A stretch of 64,000 bases of DNA from Fimbriosthenelais zetlandica (lineage: Eukaryota). This document shows, piece by piece, positions 12,601-24,600 of this stretch; positions within the stretch are counted from its first letter, which is position 1, and every line of letters starts with the position of its first letter. Below the pieces are notes generated by a model, which worked only from the letters and a program-made list of their open reading frames with translations, searched no databases and was not told the DNA's origin. The translations under genes and the position numbers were made by a program. Where the stretch lies: contig OZ365111.1 of assembly GCA_977030845.1 (NCBI GenBank), positions 27,466,001 to 27,530,000 on the forward strand, read 5' to 3'.

Positions 12601-15600
12601 TGAATTACGAACTCTTCTCAGTTAATAATTATGACAATACTGAAGTGGGACATTATTCTGGGCGTTCTCTGAGTGCGTTGGTGGACACGTCGCGTCTCCG
12701 GCCGTATGCGTTGTACACGTTTAACGTAAGGGCTTGTACGTCAGGTGGATGTCTCCTCAGTGAGCCGTATACCGTACAGACCAACATGTCAGCTCCTGAA
12801 GAGCAGGGACCGCCGGTAGTGCTGGCCGTGTCAGAGAGTCAGTTTGATGTGAGCTGGCAGCCACCAGTAAAACCTAACGGTAAGTTGATGAAAGCTTCCT
12901 ATTATGACCACTAGGGGGACTTGTGACGTGTGTGGTCTCATTAGGAGGTGGTCCCCCTTTCTTTACTTCCAACCCCAAACTTCCCTATTGTTCAGTTCTG
13001 CCTTCTGACATTGAGACTTTGGATTTGCTAAACTAAGAATTCTGTCCACTTAGATGTACAATTTACATAAGTCTTTGGTACTTCACCAAGGCCTAATTTG
13101 GATGATCTCTTACTAACTGCCTCCTTGAATCAACCTGTTACCTACCTACCTATTACCTCTTAACTATTATGAGAAAACTTATAAGGAAGTACATCAGCAG
13201 CCGTCCTTACCTTCTTAAATCATTCCAACCTCTGAGGCCGTTTGTTGTAGGCCTATTGTCATACATCTCCTGAATAAATATAGATTATTTTTAAAACAAC
13301 TTTAATATATTTTTTATTATTTTCTCCCAGGAGTGATCATCTTCTATGAGTTGTACATCCGGGGCCTGCCTGATGAGTCAGGTAGACGTGATCCTATAGA
13401 GACCTTGATATTCCGCCCGGCTGGCAGCTACGATCCCTGGCCTAATAAACCCCCCGGTGAGAGCGTGCTACCCCCGCCCGCCACTAGCTTCCTGGTGGAG
13501 CGCCTCTCAGCTTATACACTGTATGAACTGAGGGTGGCATGTAAAAGTGTGGCAGGCCGGGCCACCAGTGTCTGGGTACAGGCACGCACACTGGCTGGAC
13601 GTAAGTATTCCTTATCCTTGTTTTATACTTGCTTATTTTATTATTAGTTTTTATTAGTTTTTCCATGGATTCTGTGAAATTTGGGGCCCTTGTCCCTCTT
13701 TCTGATTATCCCTAAGAGCTTGGTACTCAAATTTTTACTTGCGGTTGTGATGAGTTTAGGGCGAAGAAAACTCAATATATAAGCATGCCTTAGATAATTA
13801 TGTTCACCCAAATCTTTCATGGAAGATCGATAGGCAGTTTTTTGTGGCAAGAACTAATCAGTTCGGTCCATTGAATTGGCCCCAAAATGTCCTTTTTGGT
13901 GAGTAATCTTTAAGGATTTTTAAGCACTGTGTAAAAGTGAAGGAGTAACACCAAGTGTTTGTTTGCAGGACCGCTCTTTATGCCACCTCCCCGTCTTATT
14001 CCCGTCTCACCGTCTCAGCTCATGATTGAGATACAGACACCGACTGATTCTGAGATCCGCGGGGAGGTCACAAAATACAGAATTTACCATTACCTGAAAT
14101 CAAACCTCGCCGAGACGCCGTTTGCTCCAGAATACATGTGGACCGTAAGTTAACTTTAAATGATCCAAAACTGGACTATATTCAAAATGATACAAAATGT
14201 CTATGATACAATGATAGGCATAAGATGACCCCTGTGGTCTTGATGGGCCATGATGTCCTGTTAAAATGTTATTCACTGCCTTTACCTTGCAGGGGGATGG
14301 TTATGCAAAATGGGTTGTAAGTATTCAAATGCTTGTGGTGGACAATTTCTATCCTAAAATGGTTGATACTCACTTAAAAATTACTGCAAAAACACTTTCA
14401 TAAGGCTTCACTGAGTTTGTTATTAACTGACTAAGGAGTGCTGACTTTGTTCTGTGGCTTTGTTCTTAGATATAATGAATATAATAAATGAAACTTAACT
14501 TCATTTAACTCCAAAAAGCATACAATCACTCTTTTTCAAAGCTGGATGTCTATCTAAGTACTGGATGTAGTCACCTAGTTCCCCTATTCGAACACTTTTT
14601 CTGAAAAAAAATTCACGTTGGTCAAAAGTTTCGTCAATACACATTTAACTGATAGAAGTCTTGCGAATATGTCCATTTTAAGGTTGATCAAATTTATTTC
14701 AAATAAAGTGGTTTCTTAACAAGTACTGGTTTAATATCTTTTGTAGTAATCACTTTACATACTAATTACATAGATAAAAATGTCATAACAAGATTTGTAT
14801 ATGACTAATTCTTTCTATATCTTTAATTTAACCCGATATTCTATTTTTTCCTCAGCATACAAGAAGGGCCCTGCAGTCAGATATTTAATATATCTTGAAT
14901 CTTGAAATGAACCAAATTTTAAAATCTGTCTCTTCCAGTTGTTGGTGGAGCTGGCACCAGCAGAGAGCCGGTACACGGCTGGAGGGTTCACGCCGTACAT
15001 GAATCAGACGTTTAGAGTAGAGGCCTGTAATGAGATCGGCTGTATTAACAGTACAGATGTTACAGAGGCTACTGATATAGGAGGTAAGTCTTCTACTGTC
15101 TCATTTCTNNNNNNNNNNNNNNNNNNNNNNNNNNNNNNNNNNNNNNNNNNNNNNNNNNNNNNNNNNNNNNNNNNNNNNNNNNNNNNNNNNNNNNNNNNNN
15201 NNNNNNNNNNNNNNNNNNNNNNNNNNNNNNNNNNNNNNNNNNNNNGCCTTTCTCTCATGTTCCTCCAATCTCTCTCTCACTTAGGTCTCTTAAAGTCTCG
15301 CTTAAATTGCTCTTTGGATGTCTCTCCTTTTCCCTCCCATCTCTGCCTTTCTCTTAAGTCTCTTGAACTGTCTCTCTCGCTCTCTGGATGTCTGTCTTTT
15401 ACTCTCTTACTCTCTTTTACTCTCTTGCTCGTTTTCTCACTTGATGACAATCATGCACCTTCTTTCTATGGCTGAACCATAACCTTCACTATTGTCTCTC
15501 CCAGCCCTCTTTCTCTCTCAATATTCCGAGCAACCAATCCTCCCTTACCTTTCTTCATTCGTACCAAATCCAATTATATGTCTAATGCATTTGTTAATTT

Positions 15601-18600
15601 AAAAGGTATTTTAAATTTACAGCACCAGCTGATGTGCCAGTACCGGCACTGAGGGCAGTGAACGGGTCGACTATCTCCATCTCGTGGAGTCCGCCTGGAG
15701 ATCTGAACGGTCCGAGTCCGTCCTACATTTTACGGCGTACCAACACAGCCTTTAACAACCCCCCGCCCCAGGTGTCCGCCGGCGTACGGTTCCCTGGTCA
15801 TTCCTACTATATGTTCGACCCTGATACAATACCACAGGGCGTAGGCTTCACAGGTAAGTCACGGATAGTGTTAAAGCGGCTCTATCACTCTATCTACATA
15901 ACTTGGTAACTATAAGAAATCTGCAGAGATCCACTGCTGTGATTTCTAGCAGTTTCATGCTGTTTTCAGCCAATGCCCAGTCAGGGACATAGGTCATACA
16001 ACTTGAATCTAGGTCAACCTGAAATAGATAGACCTGTACATGGAAAGTTAAGGCTCAATGCAGATAGGTGACAGTGCCACTTTAATGTATTTATTACATA
16101 AAGACTAGGGCTCAAGAGATATGGTGTTGAATTTGGGAACTCCTGGGTTGCATTGCATGGTCGCGGCAACAACCAAGGCAATATATTGCCTTGGTTTTTG
16201 CCTTGGTTGTTGCCGCGACTATGGCCGTAATTGGTAGATTAATGAATAAGTCAAGGTTTATTTTAAAATTGAATATATTACCGATGTTACAGGTATCCAG
16301 CTGTGGTTTAAGACGACCACCAGGGATGGTCTACTCATGTACTCGGCGTCAGAAGGTCAGGTAGAGTTTATAGCTCTACAGCTGCGCTCAGGACGGCCCT
16401 GGTTCCTCTTCGACCCTCAAGGTAAGGTGATATTATTCACACAGTGCCTCCAACAGTCATTTCGACCATTCCCTGAATATCTAGACATGTATTTGAAAAT
16501 AAAGAGTAATTTTTTATCAGCTGTCTTTACTTTTAGTAGGCATTAGAATTGAGCATAAAAATAATTATTTAAAAAAACCCAAAAACGAAATGATTTTGTT
16601 AATACTTTTTATCATACTAAGTTGTTCCAATGTTCCAAATTAATCTTTGGGAAGTGGACTACTGTCATACAGATTTCTATACATGTCTATTGTTAGAAGA
16701 TTCCGTATAATGTTTCTTGTATAATTACAAATATAGGATGATATTCTTGACCACTGCTCCTCCTAAAAATGAAATTTCTCATTTCAAGAAGTATTTGAAG
16801 TCTGTAAAGAGTATAAGTTACTAAGGACCTATTTAGACTTAAGACACATTTTGGCACAGACTGCACGAATTGTCTAAATACTTGTTTTTTAATTGTCACA
16901 AATAGCATGATTGTTAATGCATGAATTTCTACACAGTTAGAAAAAACAATTGAGTTTCCAATAATTAAAATGAAACATCTAAATAAATAACATCTAACAA
17001 TACTTTTTTCTGCACTATTTATGTTCATATCTCATTGATATTTCAACATTGGTACCATCCATATAGTAAGTAACGGCCTCTAGGTCGATGGGAGGTTGTC
17101 CTGCTGATTATCACTAAATCCTATAATCTTATTACAAAACATTACAGCTAGGGTGATGGTGGGCGCTGTCCTCTCAATGGCCAAATGGTATTACATACTA
17201 TATGCATGGTCCACCTCTAAAGGCAATACCATACTTCTGTCATCTCAATTGCAACACTACTAGCTGTTCCAAAGGTGATGCTTATCACAATAAAATGTAT
17301 AAATTGTGACCGAAGTATCCGAGCCTTTAAGGCTGGTGTCAAGGCTTTAAGGCCATCCTCCGCTGGTTCATTATGGTGCATTTATCATTGCGATGCTGGC
17401 ATCACATTTGTCGCAGTAGTATTGCAAGTAAAATGGCAGCAGTGGAGTACTGCCCTTAACCATTGAATGTTCTTTTCTGCATGGTGTGTGCTGCATGTAG
17501 GTTGCCCCACGGCCGTCGACACTTCCAACACGGATCGCACTTATAACGATAACAAGTGGCACCACGTGTATGTCCGCCGCTGGGCCACGTACGCCGAAAT
17601 CACTGTGGACTTCACACAAAAAGGTACTCACAAAATTCACACATCTTTGTTCCCATAGAGGAGAGAAAGGTCCTGATCAATTTTGGTTAATTTCCATGCA
17701 TATTCAATACCTTCACAAGAGCATTCCAGTTGTTTTAACTCGGCTTGAATGTTCTGGGATTTAGCGCAGTTGGTTAGCTCAAGGGGCTCGTCCAAGGGGT
17801 GGGTTGGCGGTTCAATCGTCGAACTGTCCAAAGTTCATACCCCCACTTTCCAATTGGGATGATGTTGTATAATAGTACTAACTTATAGATGCATAATTTA
17901 TATAAGGTCTCGATCAAATGTACCTGGAAGATGTCTTATGAAGTCATATCTGCATGGAACTTGACTATGATTGGGTCAGAACAAGCTGCCAGTACCAAAG
18001 CTTGAAACATTGGGTGTTCTCCACCAGTCTTACTAAGGTTACAGTACTATTGAAGTCAATAAAAATGTTAGAAAGCCCTAAAATATGTATAGAAGTCAAT
18101 ACAAACACCTTATGCTTCATTTCTTTGGCACTGGACATGTTTCTTGATGTTTTGGGATGAGTTTGTCTATCAGTTAAGGATGGAATCACCTGCACACACA
18201 TTTTCAGACAAAAAGGTACGTTTTATTTTCATTAACAGCACCACTATTACACATCAAACATGTTTTAGTGTGAAAAATCCATGTGCACCAAATCAGGAAC
18301 AAAGAGTGACGCACACTTATTGCACATATTTGGGTCCTTAGCAAATCATCGAGGTTCAGTGGTCAACAGAAAACCATGTCATTGAGAAGATTTTCCTGTT
18401 AAATTCAACTTGAAAACGCCTTTACTCTTCCTTTTGTTAATCGAAGACAGTTCTTCTTTAAAAACTAATATAACTTTCACACTCATTCCCCCTTTCAATT
18501 TTGTCTACTGCCCTCTTTTTGCTTTCTAATAATTCCTATGCACCATTCATTTTCCTCTTTATTACCCCTTACCCCTTACTAAACCCTTGCTTAAATGTAT

Positions 18601-21600
18601 TGACCTGCGTCTTTTACATCAAAGTTCTCCATAATCCTGAGGGATATATTCTTGGACATAAGTAGAAACAAGGAAAGCCCTCGATACATTATAAAACCCA
18701 ACTGACTTCCGATTAAAATTTTGAATCTGTTGTGATTCTCCTTGCCTCTGATGACAGCAGACTATTGGATTTGCCCTCAATAGCTCCAATACAGTAGCTC
18801 CCCACTTGAGGCAAGATTCAAGCTTGATTTTTTTCTTTTTAAAAAGAAAATTTCCATCCCTTATATATAAAGGAATAGAACAGATTGTTTAAAAGATTCA
18901 AGCATTGATTCCGGAGTAACTGGGTCTTACAATGTATAGCGGCCTAACCTGCCTGCCTTGCCTATAACCTGCCTGCCTTGCCAATAACCTTGCTTGCTGC
19001 TGAATCCATGTTAGGTTGTACCGTTGTGGTCACCAGTACTGACGATGTGGGTGTGAATTACGCAGACAATGAATGGCATCATATGAAAGCCGTCCGAGCG
19101 GGCAAAATAGGCCTCATAATCATAGATAACATATACACAGGTAGTATTAAAGACATAGGTTACATCAAACCATGAAGGTCAGACGCTTATTTTCAACATT
19201 TTTCAGTTCGAAATTCTATTTGGGATGTCCATTTCATCGTTGATTTATTCCTACGAAAATAACCTTTGACCTTCATCGGACACAACATAATTATAATCTC
19301 AAGGTCACTTAAGGCTTAAGGTCATGCCCCACTACGTTTCACACTGGTCCACGATCGCTGGTGGTTAAGGACTTCTTCTTCAGCAGCTGCAAAAGTACTC
19401 TGGTACAAAATCATTAGGCGCTGCAGATTCTTATCGGTGTTGTACATACCAAATGCTTATGGTGATAGCGCTGTTTTCTGGTCCATCGCATGGTCTCTCT
19501 CTCACAAGTCTCTTTTGGAAATACTGATTATACAGTATTCTGTGACAGCTAGGGTTCCTTTCCAAAATATATTCTATTCATTTTAGGATCATCAAGCAGC
19601 ACTTTTGCAGATAGGTGATGATTGTTAGACTCCTACTTCATCTAGTTCAGTTGGCCTAACACTCATTGCAAATCTGTGAAAGTCTCGCTTTAAATATGAG
19701 TTATTCCAATGAAAAATGACTTGAAAATGAAAGTCAAATCTAATATTCCTTTTAGTTAGATCCTGAAGTGTATTACTATCTACCCAACCTTCCTCATCTA
19801 GTCTAAATCCATCACAATTTTATCATTTTCACCATTATTTCCATTCCACACTAAGTTCCATACAACTATCAAACATTTTCTCATTCCCACAACAATCCAC
19901 CCTCAAACACAGAACAAACAACCAAATTATCTCTTCGCACTTTACACACTTTTCAAACATAAATGAAACCAATATGGATGGGAAATCTTCGTCAATGCCA
20001 GGTTTATCCTGCCAGGTAACGCCCTAGGTGATCTATTAATTAATAACTGAACCCGAACTGGTGTAAAAATAGGTTGTACGACCATCGTCACCACCACTGA
20101 CGATGAAGGGTGGACCTATACGGATGGCGAATGGCACCATATCAAAGTCTTTCGAGATGAGAAAAAAGGAACAATTATAATAGATAACCGATTCACAGGT
20201 AATATAATTATATTATTGATTAAAGGCATGCCGGAACATACTGCAAGGGCAATACGCTCACACAGAACTCACCTATATAGAAAGTCAAATTACGCTGTTA
20301 GCTGCTGGGTGCTTTTAAACAGGCCTAGTAGAATTCCAGAGCAATTTTACTTTCACTTTTATCTCACATATATTATTAATATTAGACCTTTTCTGCAGTG
20401 TTTATACATCAATTGGTCCAAATGCGTACATGGGCAATTGCTGGGCCAAGGATGTATTTGTATTGCATTTGTATCATTGTATTATTTATGTATACGTATC
20501 TCCTTGTCCTCATTGGATCTGGGGATATTGACAAATGTGTACATGGAAATTGTTAATAACTGAAGCATCTTTTCAAGGAAAAAATAGGTCAGGATTCTTA
20601 TTTTAAAGGCCTAGGTATAACTCACAATTCTGCAATCGCAGTAGTATAGGGCCATCTATACATACGTACACTGAAGGGTTTACTGACTTATAGGAGATCT
20701 TCTGTATGTAACCTACCATTAATTTTATTCTATTCATCAGCTTTAGTAACTCATTGATGTAACATTTCAGGGACCAATATAAGAGGCGGTGAGCTCTCAA
20801 TACAAACTAATTAAGACCCCTATACCTGTCCACACTACTGTCCAATGTAACCCGATATAATTATTGTCTTTCTGTATTATATTAAAATCAAGATTTAGCA
20901 TGTACATATCCCACAGAAATCGTTATAACTTCAGCTACATTCCCATGTGCTAGAAATAATAAAATTGTAGAATAACTTGGGAAATGATGCCCAAGATGCA
21001 TGGATGGAAGTCTACATGGTATTTGATATTGTGAGGGGTATATCTACGTAGTAATGATGTATGAGTGAAGCATGATTATAGAAATTAGGATCCACAAAGT
21101 AGATTATCCTCTGCAGAACCATTGGTTTATTTTAATAAAATTCGGTCATCCCTCACTATAGTATGGCCGTTGGAAATCCTTGGATTTTGAAATAATTTAC
21201 TACCAAGTCTTGTTTCTTTTTTGGCTTTTATTTACCATACCATCACTGATATTTTTCCAAATGTTTTCATTCAATTTATAAAAAGATATTTGAGGACAAT
21301 TCTACATTGTGGACCCTAAACCTAGACATGAAGTGAATAAAATTAAGGCATGATATATTTAAGTCTAAACTTAGAGTAAATCATTTACTCTAAGTTCTAA
21401 CACGGTAGTGTTGATTTTAAGTATGATACAACAGCACAGCGTGCCCAGTATTTGGTGACGGTTTTTTTTCTATAATTATATACAAAAGCAAGAGAATATT
21501 CTTTGAAAGACAACGACCTTCTGACATATAGTAGTATTGACACAGCTTCTCAGTAGCCTAATTTTGAACTTAGAATATTTGATATTATATGGTAGACATT

Positions 21601-24600
21601 TGGAATAAATATGCAATGAATTCTGAGGACTTAATACGAATGATTTCATTATTTTTTAGGCTCGAAAGAAGCAGGGAGCTGTGCTACTGGTAATATTATA
21701 GGCAGCAATACGGGACTGTATGTTGGGGGTCTCCCCAAAAATTATATTATACAACGAGATGAGGTGGACTCACGGGCTGAGGTTCGTTCACTTTTGTTCT
21801 CACTTTTCTTCATTTCTCATTACAAAGTTCTAAAGAATGAATAAAATATTGTATTTAATATTTTATATTCAGCTTCAACCCGACTTCATTGGATGCATTC
21901 GGGATGTTCAAGTATTGCGGCAGCAATCGCCCACAGAAGAATGGCTGGATGTTGAGTGGGAGGAGGCAAACGAACGCAACCATGCTCCGCCATCTTGGGA
22001 AGGATGCCCGACCAACCTGCAAGACGGTGCACACTTTCTGGGCACTGGTTGGTTTCCAATTCCTTGGATTTCCTTTCTGAATTAAACAAATATACTGTTT
22101 TTGTGAATCTGGCTCGTTATGTGTTCGATCATTTTTAGCGAAGTCAATCACTGATTGCTCAACCAGTGGTGTAGTGGTTAGAAAGTCTGTTGAAGGTCCC
22201 AGGTTCGAACCCGGGCCGGGTCAAACCAAAAACTTAAAAAATGGTATCTGGCGCTCAATAAACCAATTAATATATTTTTTCAGGTTTTCTGTCTTTCCGG
22301 GAAAACCGGTTCCAAGGCGGTAACAGTTTCGGTGTGAGCATGTTCTTCAAGACTGAGACTAGGAATGGTTTGTTGATGTTTGTACACGGTGGACCGAAGA
22401 ATTACTTCATGGTTCAGATGATAGATGGCAGTCTGACATTCTCCTACGGCTCTGTTCAAAACCGGGACACCTTAATCTACTCTGGCGGCAATATAGTCCT
22501 GTGTGACGGACGATGGCACTATTTCGAGTTTACAAAGGTAACATTGACAAATGCCTCCGAACTTCCACCCACCTCAGACCACCCCCAACATCATCATTTG
22601 AATCTCCTGATGTCGTTAAAATCCATAGTCTGAAATCCAGTGGTTTTAATATGGTCCCTGTATGGTTCTAATACTAAATTTTCTGAAGTACCATCCCTTA
22701 GGCGGTGATCCAGAGTCTGAATCCCCAGATGTTTCTGAACTTCCTGTACATATGGTTCTGATACTATACTACATGCTCTGAAATACCAACGACTGGGAGC
22801 TTGTCTATATTCTGAATCCCCGGGCGATTCTGCCCCATTGGAAATCAGTATAAAACACCAAACAGTGTATTAACATAGTTATGATTTCTTATATAGATGA
22901 GTTTTGTGCTGGCTGCCCAGGTGGATGACGGACCGAGGGTGACGTTAGGTACTGACAGGAGGAGTAACAATATCGTCTTTATCGCGTCTAAAGTCTACCT
23001 TGGTGGCATCGACCCTCAATCTACTGCTTTATCATTCATCAAGGATAATAACATAGACAATGTCCAGGACAGTGAGTATAGACATTAGTCATTCAGATTA
23101 ACCTATTGATTCACTAATCCAGGTGTTAGAGGAATCTAGTTAAGTTCTACATGTCTCCCATTGTCTGTGGTGAGAGGCATGTAAAAGGTCAGCCCTGTCT
23201 CCCACTGTCTGTGGTGAGAGACATGTAAAGACAAGCCATGTCTCCCACAGATTTTGATGAGAGGCATGTAAAGGCCAGCCATGTCTCCCACTGTCTGTGG
23301 TGAGAGGCATGTAAAAGGTCAGCCCTGTCTCCCACTGTCTGTGGTGAGAGACATGTAAAGACAAGCCATGTCTCCCACTGTCTGTGGTGAGAGGCATTTA
23401 AAGGCCAGCCATGTATGCCACTGTCTGTGGTGAGAGGCATATAAAGGCCAGCCATGCCTCCCAATGTTTATGTCAGGTCAATGTCTAATGAATAAATATT
23501 TACATATTTCATGAACTGAAAAACTCCTAAATAATGATCCAGAACTATATATTGGGATATAATTGGGTTAAAGACCTAATAATGTTAACATTTATCCAGG
23601 TTATGGAGGTTGTCTGAGGGAGGTGAGAATCCAGCGCGTGGAGTATAAATGGTTCCAGTCTGACAATGCTGTCAATGTCAAGGTTGACGGGTGTCCAGCT
23701 GACACTGAGACCTTACTACCATGTCAGGACTACCTCATGTCTGTACTCTATAACGGATCAGATACCAGCTACATAGACAACGACCTCCTCCCATTCACAG
23801 GTGAGAACACTTAAAGCTCCTCTATCACCTTTTTTAGCATATATATAAGCCTTCTCTTCAATCTCTATGTTTGCTTTACTGCACTTAATTTCGGCAGCAA
23901 CTAGATAAAACTGGAACTTTCAAAGGTTTCTCGGCCAATTTTCAACTTAGAATCTGAGTCAAACCGTATGAATCTAGGCCTCCAGCTGTAGACCCCTGGA
24001 AGGAATGTGCTGTTCAAAACAACCACTTTTTAAATGAATATTTTCAATTTTTAATGTTATTATTCTTTCAGATTATGTATACCAAATCGAAGCCTACAAC
24101 CCAGCTGGTGGAACCACAAGTGTGTGGAACTCTGGTAGAACAAGGGAAGCACGTAAGTCTTTCATTTGTGGTAGAATATAATAACTATTTTGTTTTATAA
24201 GCTTTATCAAAATATATAGGGAATAAAGATGACAAAAGTATTCTTTTTTTAATTACAGCTCCGTTTTCTGTGCCTGCCCTACTGTCTGCCTCTATCATTA
24301 ATGGCTACACCATTGCCGCTACATGGACCATCCCATTCGTGCGTACAGGAATGCTCAGTGAGCTCCAGATAGTCGCTATTAGTGAAACAAAACCATCTGA
24401 TCCCCATGTAATAGCCAGCTTTATAAACGAGACTGTGACGTCTGGAGCCATCACTAACGCTGTACCTAATACTAACTATAGCGTACATTTCGGGGCGTGT
24501 ACGTGGGGTGGATGTACCATCAGCACGGAGGGCATCAAACTTACCACCCCTGAAGAACGTGAGTGTTTTCTATTCATCATTTAATTTGCAAGTTTGTTCT

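Noticed and set aside
19321-19445. Possible further decayed LamG1 exon copy (ag|gtcatgcccactacgtttcacactggtccacgatcgc resembles the start of copy A)
   Set aside because: Similarity is limited to about 40 nt, needs several indels, and is lost over the W-H-H core; not distinguishable from chance by eye.
22163-22215. Genuine tRNA gene
   Set aside because: A and B boxes are present but there is no acceptor stem or anticodon arm; interpreted as a SINE head.
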